Shown piece after piece: positions 17,320 through 27,738 of a DNA stretch of 64,000 nt (positions within the stretch are counted from its first letter, which is position 1; the number at the start of each line of letters is the position of its first letter). Origin of the DNA: Spirochaetia bacterium (GTDB lineage Bacteria > Spirochaetota > Spirochaetia > CAKZLE01); contig OY782041.1 of NCBI GenBank assembly GCA_963677595.1, forward strand, positions 1,344,001-1,408,000, written 5' to 3'. The notes under the pieces are model-generated. The model was not told the origin of the DNA. It saw only the letters and a program-made list of their open reading frames with translations, and made no database searches. The position numbers and the translations under genes were made by a program.

Positions 17320-19476
17320 ATGGAACTCATGGCACCGGCAGGTGACTTTCAATCTGCATACCAGGCACTGACTCACGGTGCGGATGCGGTCTATCTCGGG
17401 CTGCAGGAATTCTCCGCACGGAAGGCAGCAAAGAACTTCTCCCTCGATGAAGTACGCAGGATCGTGCAGTTCGCCCATGAACGCGGTCAGGCTGTCTACC
17501 TGGCCATGAACACCCTCGTGAAGGAGGCCGAACTCACACCTCTCATCGAACTGCTCCATCATGTCTCCCTGCTCGGGACCGACGGCATCATCGTCCAGGA
17601 CCTCGGCCTGGCCAGGGTCATCAAAGACCATTTCCCTTCCCTGAAGCTCCATGGGTCAACCCAGATCGCGGTCCATAACGCAAGCGGGGTGCGCTTTCTC
17701 CAGGGGATCGGGTTCACCCGCGTCGTCCTGGCACGGGAACTCACCATGCAGGAGATCTCTTCCATACGGGAGGAGTGCCCCGATGTCGAGCTGAAGATCT
17801 TCATCCACGGGGCCCTCTGCTACAGCATCTCCGGCATGTGCCTTGCCTCTGGCATGATCCTCGGAAGATCCGGAAACCGGGGAGCCTGCGGACAGATCTG
17901 CAGGACCTTCTCAGAAGTATCCTCTCTTGACGGTGCAGGCCCGTACGGGTACTTCTTCTCGATGAAGGACCTCTCCCTGAACGAGCGGGTACGTGAACTG
18001 CAGGAGATCGGGATCGACTCCCTCAAGATCGAGGGGAGGATGAAGTCCCCGAGCTATACAGCAGAGGTCTCTGAGATGTACCGGGCCATCCTGGATGGGA
18101 AGAAGTATGATCCCGACCGGGCAGACCTGGCTTTCTCACGGGTCTCAGCCGCAGGCTGGGCCGGGGAGTACCACCGCCCCGACCGGGCAGACCTCGACAC
18201 ATCCCTGGTCAACCCCACCTTCAGCGGCCATACGGGAATCGAGGCGGGAGTCATCACCGGACGGGATCGTGGTGCTGCCGTGATTCGGACCTCATGCCCC
18301 CTGGCAGTCCGAGACGGGGTACAGCTCCTCAAGGATGATACGAACCTGCCCGGGATCCAGAAGGCTATCCCATTCAGCATCTCGTCCATGAAAGACAGGA
18401 AGGGGAGACCAATCACCTCCTGCAGGAAGGGTGATATCATCTCCATCCCGGTCAGTGAACCTGTTACGATAGGAGAGACCCTCTATAAGATATCGGGGCA
18501 TGATTCAGATATGAAGCTGGTCAATCCCCTCTCTGTCAGTCCCTATTCCTACCCGGTCACCACGGAGATCACGATAGGCACCGATCGCTTGAGCCTCAGG
18601 ACCGGGATTCCTGCGATCGAGTTCGAATGCAGCCATGAAGTGAGCCTCCTCATCGATGAGGCTAAGGCCCCCAGGCCGGTAGGCGGGATCCTGGACCAGG
18701 CCTTCTGCGTGTCAGACCCGCAGCTGCCGTTCCATACCGAATCTATCACGGTAGTGAACGATTCGACCTATCCTGATGACGGGATCTTCATCCCCCCGAA
18801 ACAGCTCAAGCAGGCACGAAGGGAATGGCATGTCCGCCTGAAGGAGCAGTTCGATATCCACGTGAGAGAACGGTCAGCTGTCCTGGCAGCAGAATGCAGG
18901 CAAGACGGTAGGTTTGTATCGGAACTGCCGAAACGGTCTCTGGTCACTGCTGAAGGGTATGTCACCGATGATTCGGTCTACCTCCCGCTCTCACCGGTCC
19001 AGTTCAGCGAACTGGACTTCACCAGGATTGACCGGAAGCTCGAGAGGCTTCGCACTACATACCCGGGAAAGAGTGTCATCGTCGGCATCAGCAACATCGG
19101 GCAGGTAGAGTGGTACACCAGACAGGATTCCATCTCCTGCTTCATCGACTACCACCTCTACTGTGCGAACTCACAGACAGCAGTTCTCTTCTCGGGGCAG
19201 CTGCATGACTGCATCGGGGCCTACTACTGGATCGAGGACAGAGACCGGCCAGTTCAGCCAGGCTATGACAGCTGGGGGATACCACTCTCCTATATCGATA
19301 CGAACTTCAACCCGCCGATCTTCATCACCCGTACCTGCTTCCGCAAGGACAGTCTCGACCAGTCCTGCAGCACGTGCAGGGGGAGATCCTATGACTATGA
19401 GCTGGAACAGAAGGGGCGGGACTTCCATGTCGAAGTTCGGGACTGCATGAGCTATGTCTATGTGAAGAAGCCGTAG
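17320..19476 (+). CDS. U32-family peptidase-like protein (RlhA/TrhP-type RNA hydroxylation)
   Basis: ELMAPAG, GADAVYLG, VLAREL, HGALCYSISGMC, SGNRGACGQIC and SLKIEGRMKS motifs; long C-terminal region as in RlhA. Confidence 0.88.
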   Translation: MELMAPAGDFQSAYQALTHGADAVYLGLQEFSARKAAKNFSLDEVRRIVQFAHERGQAVYLAMNTLVKEAELTPLIELLHHVSLLGTDGIIVQDLGLARVIKDHFPSLKLHGSTQIAVHNASGVRFLQGIGFTRVVLARELTMQEISSIREECPDVELKIFIHGALCYSISGMCLASGMILGRSGNRGACGQICRTFSEVSSLDGAGPYGYFFSMKDLSLNERVRELQEIGIDSLKIEGRMKSPSYTAEVSEMYRAILDGKKYDPDRADLAFSRVSAAGWAGEYHRPDRADLDTSLVNPTFSGHTGIEAGVITGRDRGAAVIRTSCPLAVRDGVQLLKDDTNLPGIQKAIPFSISSMKDRKGRPITSCRKGDIISIPVSEPVTIGETLYKISGHDSDMKLVNPLSVSPYSYPVTTEITIGTDRLSLRTGIPAIEFECSHEVSLLIDEAKAPRPVGGILDQAFCVSDPQLPFHTESITVVNDSTYPDDGIFIPPKQLKQARREWHVRLKEQFDIHVRERSAVLAAECRQDGRFVSELPKRSLVTAEGYVTDDSVYLPLSPVQFSELDFTRIDRKLERLRTTYPGKSVIVGISNIGQVEWYTRQDSISCFIDYHLYCANSQTAVLFSGQLHDCIGAYYWIEDRDRPVQPGYDSWGIPLSYIDTNFNPPIFITRTCFRKDSLDQSCSTCRGRSYDYELEQKGRDFHVEVRDCMSYVYVKKP

Positions 19477-20465
19477 ATCTCCTGCCCGCACTGGCTGCAC
19501 CTGCCCTCGGGTATCGTACGTTCCGCATCACTGGCGGCCTCCCCTGCATAGCTATGGCTTCGGATGAGCACGGTCCCGCATGAGGGGCAGACGGTCCTCT
19601 CATACCTGCGGTTACCGCTATTTCCCGCATAGATGAAGGGGATCCCCGATTCCTCGGCTATGCCCAGCATCCTCTCCAGGCAGGCTTCGGAGGTGGGCGG
19701 CCTATCAGCCATGCGGTAGTGTGGGAAGAACCTGGAAAGGTGCCAGATCTTCACCCCCGCATCATGGAGCTGCTTCCCAAGTGTCCTGACCATCGCCTCA
19801 GTGTGGATCCCCTCGATGATGAGCGTCGTCACCTCCACCACGGAGGCTGGATCGGCACTGATGCGCTCGACGGCATCCAGTACCGGAGTAAGGGAACCGC
19901 TGCAGTACTCCCGGTAGAATGGTTGGTCCCCCTTCACGTCTATATTGAACCCGTCGACCAGGGGCAGCACCCGCTCAAGAGAACTCTTCGAGAATGAACC
20001 GTTGGTCACCATGAGATTGTACCCGCCTGAAGCCTTGACCAACCTAGCGGTATCGAGCAGGTAGTCCTGCCAGACGACGGGGTCCGAGTAGGTGTAGCAC
20101 ATGAGATTCAGTCCCTTCTCCAGCATGAGGCTGTTCAGGCGCTCCGGTGAGACATAGGGGATCAACCCATCCTCCTGCACCCTGGAGGCATAGGGACTCT
20201 CAGGCTGGGAGATCTCGGAGTTCTGGCAGAAGTCGCAGCGGAAGTTGCAGCCGAACAGGGCTGCCGAAAGGGTCTTCTTTCCCGGGAACACATGGTAGAA
20301 GGGTTTCTTCTCGACCGGGTCGACCGAAGCGGAGATGACCCTGCCGTAGCCGACTGTGCGTAATTCATTGTCCCTCTGCTCCCGGACCCCGCAGAAACCA
20401 CGCCTGCCGGGAGCGATCCTGCACATACGGTAACAGAAGTCACATTGGAGCAGGGTCCCCTCCAT
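19458..20465 (-). CDS. amrS: AmmeMemoRadiSam system radical SAM enzyme
   Basis: N-terminal CDFCYRMC...GFCGVR, DPVEKKP, CNFRCDFCQN (CxxxCxxC), C-terminal CxxC pairs; next to amrA and amrB. Confidence 0.92.
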   Translation of the reverse strand: MEGTLLQCDFCYRMCRIAPGRRGFCGVREQRDNELRTVGYGRVISASVDPVEKKPFYHVFPGKKTLSAALFGCNFRCDFCQNSEISQPESPYASRVQEDGLIPYVSPERLNSLMLEKGLNLMCYTYSDPVVWQDYLLDTARLVKASGGYNLMVTNGSFSKSSLERVLPLVDGFNIDVKGDQPFYREYCSGSLTPVLDAVERISADPASVVEVTTLIIEGIHTEAMVRTLGKQLHDAGVKIWHLSRFFPHYRMADRPPTSEACLERMLGIAEESGIPFIYAGNSGNRRYERTVCPSCGTVLIRSHSYAGEAASDAERTIPEGRCSQCGQEIYGFFT

Positions 20466-20468
20466 GGG

Positions 20469-21050
20469 TCACTCGCTCTCCCCGAAGACCTCTGCCTGGA
20501 AGGTCTGGAACCGGCAGTCGGCCTCACGCCATGCGTCGGCGGACAGGCCTGCCTTCATCGAGAGGTGGGAGAGCATGGTCTCCAGATCCCAGCCCTGCTC
20601 AGTGGCGACCTGGGGAAGGAAGACGGCAACGCGGCCGTGGTAATCGAGGATGACCCCGTCGGTACCTAGGGAGATCTCCTCGATAGACGGTATATACTCT
20701 GGAGGGGTCAGGACTGAGATCTCCACGGAAAGCCAGGGGATCTCCTCCTCGGTGACCGGGGAGAACCTCGGATCATGGAAGGCGGACTCCACAGAGAGCC
20801 GTCTGACCCCCTCATAGAGGGGCTCCCTGCCGATGATCGAGCCGATGCACCCACGGAGACGCTCCCCGACGATCGGGTCGGTGAGCTTCAGGGTGACGAA
20901 GACCCCGCAGGACGTCGAAAGCTCAGGGTGCCTCTGGTAGATACGCTCGATGAGTTCCGGGCGATTGTCACAGTCTATGATCCCGAGCCTGCACTCGATC
21001 CTCTCCCGAGCTGTCTTCAGCAGCAGCTCCCGTACTTCTTCTTTCAGCAT
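20469..21050 (-). CDS. amrA: AmmeMemoRadiSam system protein A (AMMECR1 domain)
   Basis: GVFVTL, LRGCIG, AFHDPRF, EISVLT, FLPQV and KAGL motifs. Confidence 0.93.
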   Translation of the reverse strand: MLKEEVRELLLKTARERIECRLGIIDCDNRPELIERIYQRHPELSTSCGVFVTLKLTDPIVGERLRGCIGSIIGREPLYEGVRRLSVESAFHDPRFSPVTEEEIPWLSVEISVLTPPEYIPSIEEISLGTDGVILDYHGRVAVFLPQVATEQGWDLETMLSHLSMKAGLSADAWREADCRFQTFQAEVFGESE

Positions 21051-21075
21051 GTGTATAAACCTTCCTGTTCTTGTG

Positions 21076-21972
21076 CTATTCCCAGAATACCGTGCAGTAT
21101 GAGACGAAATCAGGCAGCGGTACCTTCGCCAGATCGTTCGAGCTGTAGTAATCGACTACGACTCCCGTCAGTCCAAGTACCCGTGCGACCTCCGAGAGCA
21201 GGAGCGCCGGGGCGAACCCGCAGATCGTGGGATGTTCATCATAATAGCGCTGCAGCAGCTCATCTATCTTGCCGGCAGCGAAGCCGTCGGCAAAGGATCG
21301 GTCATGCTCCTCGACGGAGGAGAGGATGGATCCGATGTCATCGGATCCATAGGGGGTATGGCCGAAGCGTGCCCCGTAGTGGGTGAAGTCAGAGCTGGCG
21401 ATCAGCACGGTCTTCCCGCTTAGGATCGACTCCTTCCCCACCCCCTCGAGCAGGTGGGAGGCGATCTCGCGTACGACATCCCCGGAACTGAAGGAAGAGA
21501 CGAGCATGAGGGAGACCGAGATAGGCTTCCCGCGCAGCTCGACGATCCGTGCAATGAACGGCAGTGCCATCTCCACGGCATGCTCCTCACCAACGGCACG
21601 AGGGCTGCAGCTCTTCATGGAGTCGGGGAATGCATCGCACATCGGGACGCAGGGCAGTTCTGCCAGCGGTGTCTCGAGTGCGGTGTAGTCAGCTGAGGTA
21701 ATCGTGTCAGATTCAAGATAGGCATAATGGGACGGGGCGATGATGCAGATCCGTTCTGTCTCTTCGGGCAGGTTGTTGAAGAACCGTGCGATCCCCTTCC
21801 CGGAATAGTAGAGCCCCGCATGGGGGAGGACCCCCATCCTGACCTGGTAGGAGTCGATATCGGAAGCAGAAGCGGCAAGGTACCCGTCGATCTCCCGTCT
21901 GAGACTCTCCGCATCTCCTGCATACCAGGAGCCGGCATAACGGGCTTTCCTGCAAGGATTGTCAGTACTCAT
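21076..21972 (-). CDS. amrB: AmmeMemoRadiSam system protein B (MEMO1 family)
   Basis: AGSWY, PHAGLYYSG, EHAVEM, ASSDFTHYG and TICG motifs. Confidence 0.92.
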   Translation of the reverse strand: MSTDNPCRKARYAGSWYAGDAESLRREIDGYLAASASDIDSYQVRMGVLPHAGLYYSGKGIARFFNNLPEETERICIIAPSHYAYLESDTITSADYTALETPLAELPCVPMCDAFPDSMKSCSPRAVGEEHAVEMALPFIARIVELRGKPISVSLMLVSSFSSGDVVREIASHLLEGVGKESILSGKTVLIASSDFTHYGARFGHTPYGSDDIGSILSSVEEHDRSFADGFAAGKIDELLQRYYDEHPTICGFAPALLLSEVARVLGLTGVVVDYYSSNDLAKVPLPDFVSYCTVFWE

Positions 21973-22045
21973 CTCGCACCTCCTGTGAACCTACTACCAG
22001 TATACAGTACCAAGCCATAATTCGTAAGAGATGGTGAAAAGAATT

Positions 22046-22957
22046 CTAATCGGTGATTGCCCCTTCCCGTGCCGAGAGCGCCTCATAGACCTTCCGGTTC
22101 ACGGGGACGTCAATCCCTGCCTGTGCTGCCTTCTCCAGGACGGTACCCGCGAAGAGTTCGAGCTCACTTCTCCTGCGGGCATCGAAGTCCTGGAGCATGG
22201 AGGTCCTCCCCTGCGGGTCGAGGGTCATCAGGAGTTCGATCCAGCGTGACAGGTCCTCTTCTTTCAGGGGATGCGCGGTGGATTCTGAGAGCCTCATGAC
22301 CTCGCGGCAGAGTTCGATCATGAGGTCCAGGGCCTCACCCCCGGCCTGGAACACCCCGAAGGGTGCATTCAGGTAGGCAGAGGCTTGGTTCACCCCGACA
22401 TTGACCATGAACTTCCACCACAGCTCATAGGCCATGTCTTCCGGCACAACTACCTCGACACCGGCAACCTGCAGATACGTCCTGATCTCAGCAACTCGCT
22501 GTGTCGGATGCGCAAGGGTATTGACCCTCTCCCCGAAGACGATGCGCCCCATGAGCGTATAGATGATGGAATTCCCTTCACGCCTGGCATCCTGCCCGAC
22601 GGTGAAGCCGTAGAGGACATGTTCATCCCCGTAGCGTTCGATCAGGATCTCCTCAGTGGCAAGACCGTTGAGGAGGGAGAGTATCTGTGTATGTTCCCCC
22701 ACCATCCTGTCAACGACTGGCAGGATCTCATGGAACTGATTGAACTTCACCGCGATGATGACCAGGTCATAGGGGGATGTTCCTTCATCGGTCGGGGGGA
22801 TCCATAACGTGTCATTGATCCGGATCCCGTCCCGTGCATACCGCCCGGCACGTTCGCCGTCAGCGATGATGCGGACGGTATCGTAGCTCCTGCACAGCAG
22901 TTCTCCCAGGGAGGCCCCGATAGCCCCCGCACCGATGATCGCGCAATTCCCTATCAT
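22046..22957 (-). CDS. panE: Ketopantoate reductase family protein
   Basis: GAGAIG, AVK, LNG, WWKFMVN and SMLQD...E motifs. Confidence 0.82.
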   Translation of the reverse strand: MIGNCAIIGAGAIGASLGELLCRSYDTVRIIADGERAGRYARDGIRINDTLWIPPTDEGTSPYDLVIIAVKFNQFHEILPVVDRMVGEHTQILSLLNGLATEEILIERYGDEHVLYGFTVGQDARREGNSIIYTLMGRIVFGERVNTLAHPTQRVAEIRTYLQVAGVEVVVPEDMAYELWWKFMVNVGVNQASAYLNAPFGVFQAGGEALDLMIELCREVMRLSESTAHPLKEEDLSRWIELLMTLDPQGRTSMLQDFDARRRSELELFAGTVLEKAAQAGIDVPVNRKVYEALSAREGAITD

Positions 22958-22960
22958 GTA

Positions 22961-24322
22961 TTACACCCTCTTGGTAGTCCACTTCCCCCTGCGGAAAGCG
23001 ATGTAGATTACTATCAGCTCGATGATCTCACTGATCCAGAATGAGATCCAGACATAGATGAGCGGGGCTTTCACGATATAGACCATCACGGCCACGAACG
23101 GTAAGGTCACCAGCCACTTCGCTATGACGCAGCTGTAGAGGAACGGTATATTATGCCCGGCCCCGCTCATCGGCGATGCGATGCCGAACGCCGCGGCGGC
23201 TATGATCAATGACGGAGTAACGATCCTCAGCATGAGGATCCCCTCTGTCGTATCCTTCAGGTCAGTGATGAAGAGCCCCAGGATCGGCCGTGCGAAGATG
23301 CAAATGGCAAGTGTTATGAAGGCGGTGACAGCCATCCCGATCAATGATGCATGATACCCCGTATGCTTCGCCCTGTCCACCTGCTCAGCCCCGAGGTTCT
23401 GGCCGGCGATCGTGCCTGCCCCCATGCTGATGCCGAAGATGGGCATGAGCAGGAAGGAGTAGATCCTCGTCCCCACCCCGACCAGGGCCAATGCAGCGGT
23501 CCCATAGGCCCCGACGAACTTGATCAGGAGACTGTTCGCCGCATTGCGGAAGAGGATCTCAAGACCTGAGGGCAGGCCGATGAGGATGAGCTTCCGGTCG
23601 ATCTCGCCATCGAGGGTGAAGAGCCCACGGAGGGTGATCCTGATGGTCTTTGTTCCCCTGAACAGGATGATGAGCCCGACGATGAGGGCAAGGGAGAAGG
23701 AGATGTTGGTCGCCATCGCAGCCCCATAGAGGCCGAGACCCAGCCCTGGGATCGAGGTACCGGGTATGGTCTCGAACATGAGCAGGGGATCGAGCATGAT
23801 GTTCAGGAGGGCCGAGCCGATGAGCAGGTACATCGGGGTCTTCGCATCCCCGGTACAGCGGAAGATCGTGTTCACGCTGAAGGAAGAGAAGAAGATCGGC
23901 ATGAAGATGATCCGCGACCACCCGTAGTCGAGAGCGAGGGTAACGACCTCCCCGTCTGATGAGAAGAGGCCCAGCAGCGGCTTGACGGTCAGCCAGAGCA
24001 GGCCCGCAGCAAGCAGGCCGACGAGGAACTTGAAGGTGAGCGTCTGCTCCGAGGCCTTCCTCGTCCGTTCGGTGTTCCCCGCCCCGTATGCCTGTGAGAT
24101 CAAGGAGACCGAGCTCATACCGATGATGGAGTTGACGACCTCGAAGATCCAGAATAGCGAGACGAAGATGGTTACCGCAGCTACGGCACTGTATGAGATC
24201 CGGCCGATCCAGATCATGTCGACGATGTCATACAGCCCCTGGAACATCAGGCCGGACATCGTGGGCAGCGACATCCGCATGATATGCTTCGGGATGCTGC
24301 CCGTTCTCAGGTCCTTTTCCAT
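22961..24322 (-). CDS. MATE family efflux transporter
   Basis: YDIVDMIWIG, GDAKTP, NIMLDPL and GQNLGA motifs; 12 TM segments. Confidence 0.92.
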   Translation of the reverse strand: MEKDLRTGSIPKHIMRMSLPTMSGLMFQGLYDIVDMIWIGRISYSAVAAVTIFVSLFWIFEVVNSIIGMSSVSLISQAYGAGNTERTRKASEQTLTFKFLVGLLAAGLLWLTVKPLLGLFSSDGEVVTLALDYGWSRIIFMPIFFSSFSVNTIFRCTGDAKTPMYLLIGSALLNIMLDPLLMFETIPGTSIPGLGLGLYGAAMATNISFSLALIVGLIILFRGTKTIRITLRGLFTLDGEIDRKLILIGLPSGLEILFRNAANSLLIKFVGAYGTAALALVGVGTRIYSFLLMPIFGISMGAGTIAGQNLGAEQVDRAKHTGYHASLIGMAVTAFITLAICIFARPILGLFITDLKDTTEGILMLRIVTPSLIIAAAAFGIASPMSGAGHNIPFLYSCVIAKWLVTLPFVAVMVYIVKAPLIYVWISFWISEIIELIVIYIAFRRGKWTTKRV

Positions 24323-24440
24323 ACACACTCCTGTTCACAAGATGACCAACTTCCAGTTATACAGAAAAAGCAGCCACATGTCACTACAAAATGACACATG
24401 ACTGCTTATAGATATATCTTGCGATAAGGAACGGTAAACG

Positions 24441-25460
24441 TTATTTCAGGCCATGGAGCTTAATAAACGCCTCAGCATTCTGGATGGAACCGCCTGCAGC
24501 TCCCTTCACAACGTTGTTGACCATGAGGGAGAACCCGATTCTTCCATTCTTCTTCTTCAGCCGGCCGGTATAGACGACCATCCCCTTCGGAGTACCCCAG
24601 AACGCGTACTTCGGCTGGGGGAAGGTGTTGTCAGCGTCGAAGATAACTGGTTTCACCGGTGATGACGGCAGGCCTGACTCCTCGACCACGAACTCGTCCC
24701 AAGCCTGGATGATGTCCTCCATCTCCACCTCGTTCTCGAAGGTGACCCAGACGGTCTCGAGGTGACCGAACATCACGGGGACTCGTACGCAGTATGCGTA
24801 GACATCGGGGTCGATCTCGAGGATCTTCTTGATCTCCTTCTCCATCTTCTCCTCTTCACCGCCGATGAAGGGGATCACGTTATCGGTGATGTCGAAAGAC
24901 GAAAGACCAGGGTATCCTGCACCGCTGACCGACTGGTAGGTCGACACGGAGATCTCCTTGATCCCGAACTGCTTGAGCGGTGCGAGCGCGATCGCGATAC
25001 CGGTTGTGGAGCAGTTCGCGTTGGTCACGATGAACCCTCCTTCCGGGTACCCCTGCTCCTTGATCAGGTCAAGGGAGCTCATATTAGCTTCAGGGATCAT
25101 GATCGGGACGTTCTTCTCATACCTCATGGCACCTGCATTGGAGAATACGTAGAAGCCGTTCTCCCGCAGTTCCGGTTCCGCTGTCTTCGCGACATCGGCA
25201 GGCATGGCTGAGAACACGATCTGCACCCCAGCTTCCTTCATCGCATCCATGTCATAGGCTTTGATCTCGATCGGCTTGATAGTCTCAGGGATCTCGAAGG
25301 GGATGACCCAGTGTACTGAGCTCCCATACCGCTGTCCGATCCTCGCAGCAGAAGCCGTGATATATTCGATATCGAACCAGGGATGCTTAGAGAGCATCCA
25401 CATGAACACCTGTCCTACTGCGCCAGTGGCACCAATAACCGCAACTTTGATCTTATCCAT
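24441..25460 (-). CDS. asd: Aspartate-semialdehyde dehydrogenase
   Basis: [28 protein letters not shown] and GAAG motifs. Confidence 0.93.
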   Translation of the reverse strand: MDKIKVAVIGATGAVGQVFMWMLSKHPWFDIEYITASAARIGQRYGSSVHWVIPFEIPETIKPIEIKAYDMDAMKEAGVQIVFSAMPADVAKTAEPELRENGFYVFSNAGAMRYEKNVPIMIPEANMSSLDLIKEQGYPEGGFIVTNANCSTTGIAIALAPLKQFGIKEISVSTYQSVSGAGYPGLSSFDITDNVIPFIGGEEEKMEKEIKKILEIDPDVYAYCVRVPVMFGHLETVWVTFENEVEMEDIIQAWDEFVVEESGLPSSPVKPVIFDADNTFPQPKYAFWGTPKGMVVYTGRLKKKNGRIGFSLMVNNVVKGAAGGSIQNAEAFIKLHGLK

Positions 25461-25661
25461 GGTGTCCTCCTCAAAAATTAGTCCTTACCATATTTCTTGT
25501 ATATTTATACGGTTTTATACTGCATTCAAACATAAAATGCAAGTAACGTTCTTAATGTGTTGCTATAATAACAGTATGTTATTTTTATTACAATATGTTA
25601 TTTCTGATTATTATACAAAGTTACCCTTTTCAGCAGAAATAGCATCTGTTATACTTAACGC

Positions 25662-26861
25662 ATGATAAGCAGTGGAAGGGCACATCTCCCGTTACATTCC
25701 GGTCACGTCCCCAAATGGCTCTATACCCGCATGGAACAGATCGGGCTTGCGATCACGGAGCTGATCATAGCGGAGTTCGGGACTTCAGGGTTCATCTCCC
25801 GTATGAGCGATCCCTTCTGGTTCCAGGCACTCGGCTGCGTCATGGGGATGGACTGGCACTCCTCCGGGATCACCACCTCGGTGATCGGTTCCCTGAAGCA
25901 TGCAGTCAACCCCCGCAGCAGCTCCCTCGGCCTCTATATCTGCGGAGGGAGGGGGACCTATGCACGGAAGACCCCCTCGGAACTGCAGCAGCTCAGTAAC
26001 CGCTTCTCCTTCGACCCTGCCCCCATGGTCACGGCCTCGAAGCTGACTGCGAAGGTCGACAACAACTGCCTCGGTGACGGCTACCAGATCTACCTCCACA
26101 GCTTCATCATCGACCGGGACCACCACTGGGCTGTCGTCCAGCAGGGCATGAACACTGATGAGAAGATGGCAAGGCGCTACCACTGGCATGGGGAGACGGT
26201 AGCCTCCTTCGTGGATGAACCCCATAACGGTATCGTGGGGCATCATGAGGGGGAGATCATGAATCTGACGGACCACCGGTCCGAAGACTCGCGAGATGCG
26301 GTCGTCGATTTCCTCAACCAGCACCCTGACCGGCAGGTGAAGGAACTCATCGCCTTGGGGTTTCCCGTGAAGCGCAACCTCCAGCGGGAGCTCTTCATGC
26401 CGGAACACCATGACGTGAGGCCTGCCGACGTCGATGCGGGGAGGCTCGGGGCGGTGCTTGCCGCGGCATATGAACGACAGCCAAAAAACCTCCAGGAGTC
26501 CTTACTCATCCCGGGTGTCGGACCACGCACGGTCCAGTCACTCGCCCTGGTGAGCGAGGTCGTCTATGGGAAGCCGAACCGCTTCTCTGACCCTGCACGC
26601 TTCTCCTTCGCCCATGGGGGCAAGGACGGCCACCCCTTCCCCGTCCCCCTGAAGACCTACGATGAATCGATCAGTATCCTGCAGAAGGCGGTGAACCAGT
26701 CGAAACTCGGGAACAGCGAGAAGGCTGAATCCCTGAGACGGCTCCATGCATTCACGTCCGAAGTCGAGAAGCGGCTCGACCCGATTGCCGATGTGGAGGC
26801 GGTGATCCGCCATGAACGGGCGATCTCATCGAGTCTCGGGGGAAGGACCTGTTTTGACTGA
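25662..26861 (+). CDS. DUF763 domain-containing protein
   Basis: LPLHSGHVPKWL, SDPFWFQALG..GMDWHSSG, AKVD, QQGM, ARRYHW and FAHGGKDGHP motifs. Confidence 0.88.
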   Translation: MISSGRAHLPLHSGHVPKWLYTRMEQIGLAITELIIAEFGTSGFISRMSDPFWFQALGCVMGMDWHSSGITTSVIGSLKHAVNPRSSSLGLYICGGRGTYARKTPSELQQLSNRFSFDPAPMVTASKLTAKVDNNCLGDGYQIYLHSFIIDRDHHWAVVQQGMNTDEKMARRYHWHGETVASFVDEPHNGIVGHHEGEIMNLTDHRSEDSRDAVVDFLNQHPDRQVKELIALGFPVKRNLQRELFMPEHHDVRPADVDAGRLGAVLAAAYERQPKNLQESLLIPGVGPRTVQSLALVSEVVYGKPNRFSDPARFSFAHGGKDGHPFPVPLKTYDESISILQKAVNQSKLGNSEKAESLRRLHAFTSEVEKRLDPIADVEAVIRHERAISSSLGGRTCFD

Positions 26862-26876
26862 GGTACAGGAGGATTC

Positions 26877-27149
26877 ATGAGATTCGTAACGGTTCGTGAG
26901 CTGAAATCACCAAAGGTATGGGAGGAGCTCCAATCGGGACAGGAACTGGTCCTGACGCGTAACGGCAAACCGATTGCCCTCATCACTCCAGTACATGCGA
27001 GCAATCTCAAAGAGACACTCTCAGCGGTACGAAGAGTAAGGGCTCAATCTGCGGTCTAGCAGCTGCAGGCAGGTTCGAGGATCCATGGACTTTCCCAGAT
27101 GTCTATTGATGAGATAGAGGCAGAGATTGCTGATGCCAGGAAAAATTAG
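26877..27149 (+). pseudogene. Phd/YefM-type antitoxin with an in-frame amber stop; no cognate toxin downstream
   Basis: GGAGG RBS; MRFVTVREL...LTRNGKPIA; TAG at 27057-27059, after which the frame continues QLQ...MSIDEIEAEIADARKN to TAG 27149. Confidence 0.75.
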
Positions 27150-27174
27150 CCAGCCGACTCGGCCATTCCTGACC

Positions 27175-27738
27175 TTATGAGAACAAGGTTCTTATTCCTT
27201 TTACCAATGTATTGGAACTCCTGGAAGTGTTTTCCCCTCCAAGGCGCAGGTGTTGAGATATCCTCCTAGAGCCATCAAGTTTCTGATACGTATGTGCGGT
27301 TACCTTTTGAAGTTCCTGGACAGGGTTAGCCAATCGGTCGGGATCCCGGAATTTCTTCGATTGCTGCTTTCTTGCCAGATTTCGCATACCCATACCTGAC
27401 TCTACGGCCTCAAGATCCCCAAGATAGAAACTTTCCAATTCATGACAGGCAATCCGGACAATTACCGTCTCCTTTGTTCTGCCGCTTCTCATGACCATCT
27501 GCTGAAGATTGGATTTTATGTCTCTGCAGTCTCCGGAGTCCTGATCCCGCATGATCAGGAAATAGCTGTCTGGGACTCTCCACCCCCGTAGACGTCTCTC
27601 CAGGTGTTTATCAAGGTCCTGTTTCCCCTCGAACACCTGATATCTGCAATCCACATCTTCAGGGAGGATCTGGGGAAGGATGGTTCGAAGCATGATTTTA
27701 GCAGACGGTTCCTCAAGCATACAAACAAGCGTTCTCAT
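27175..27738 (-). CDS. DUF4276-family (TOPRIM-like) protein
   Basis: LEEPS, FEGKQDL, RDQD and ELESFYLGD motifs; ATGA overlap with the upstream ATPase. Confidence 0.75.
   Translation of the reverse strand: MRTLVCMLEEPSAKIMLRTILPQILPEDVDCRYQVFEGKQDLDKHLERRLRGWRVPDSYFLIMRDQDSGDCRDIKSNLQQMVMRSGRTKETVIVRIACHELESFYLGDLEAVESGMGMRNLARKQQSKKFRDPDRLANPVQELQKVTAHTYQKLDGSRRISQHLRLGGENTSRSSNTLVKGIRTLFS

Noticed and set aside
25498-25511. ARG-box-like TGTATATTTATACG upstream of asd
   Set aside because: A single imperfect box in very AT-rich DNA, with no properly spaced second box.
27057-27059. Amber read-through (pyrrolysine) in the antitoxin
   Set aside because: No pyl genes in the window and TAG is used as a normal stop in many genes; a nonsense mutation is simpler.
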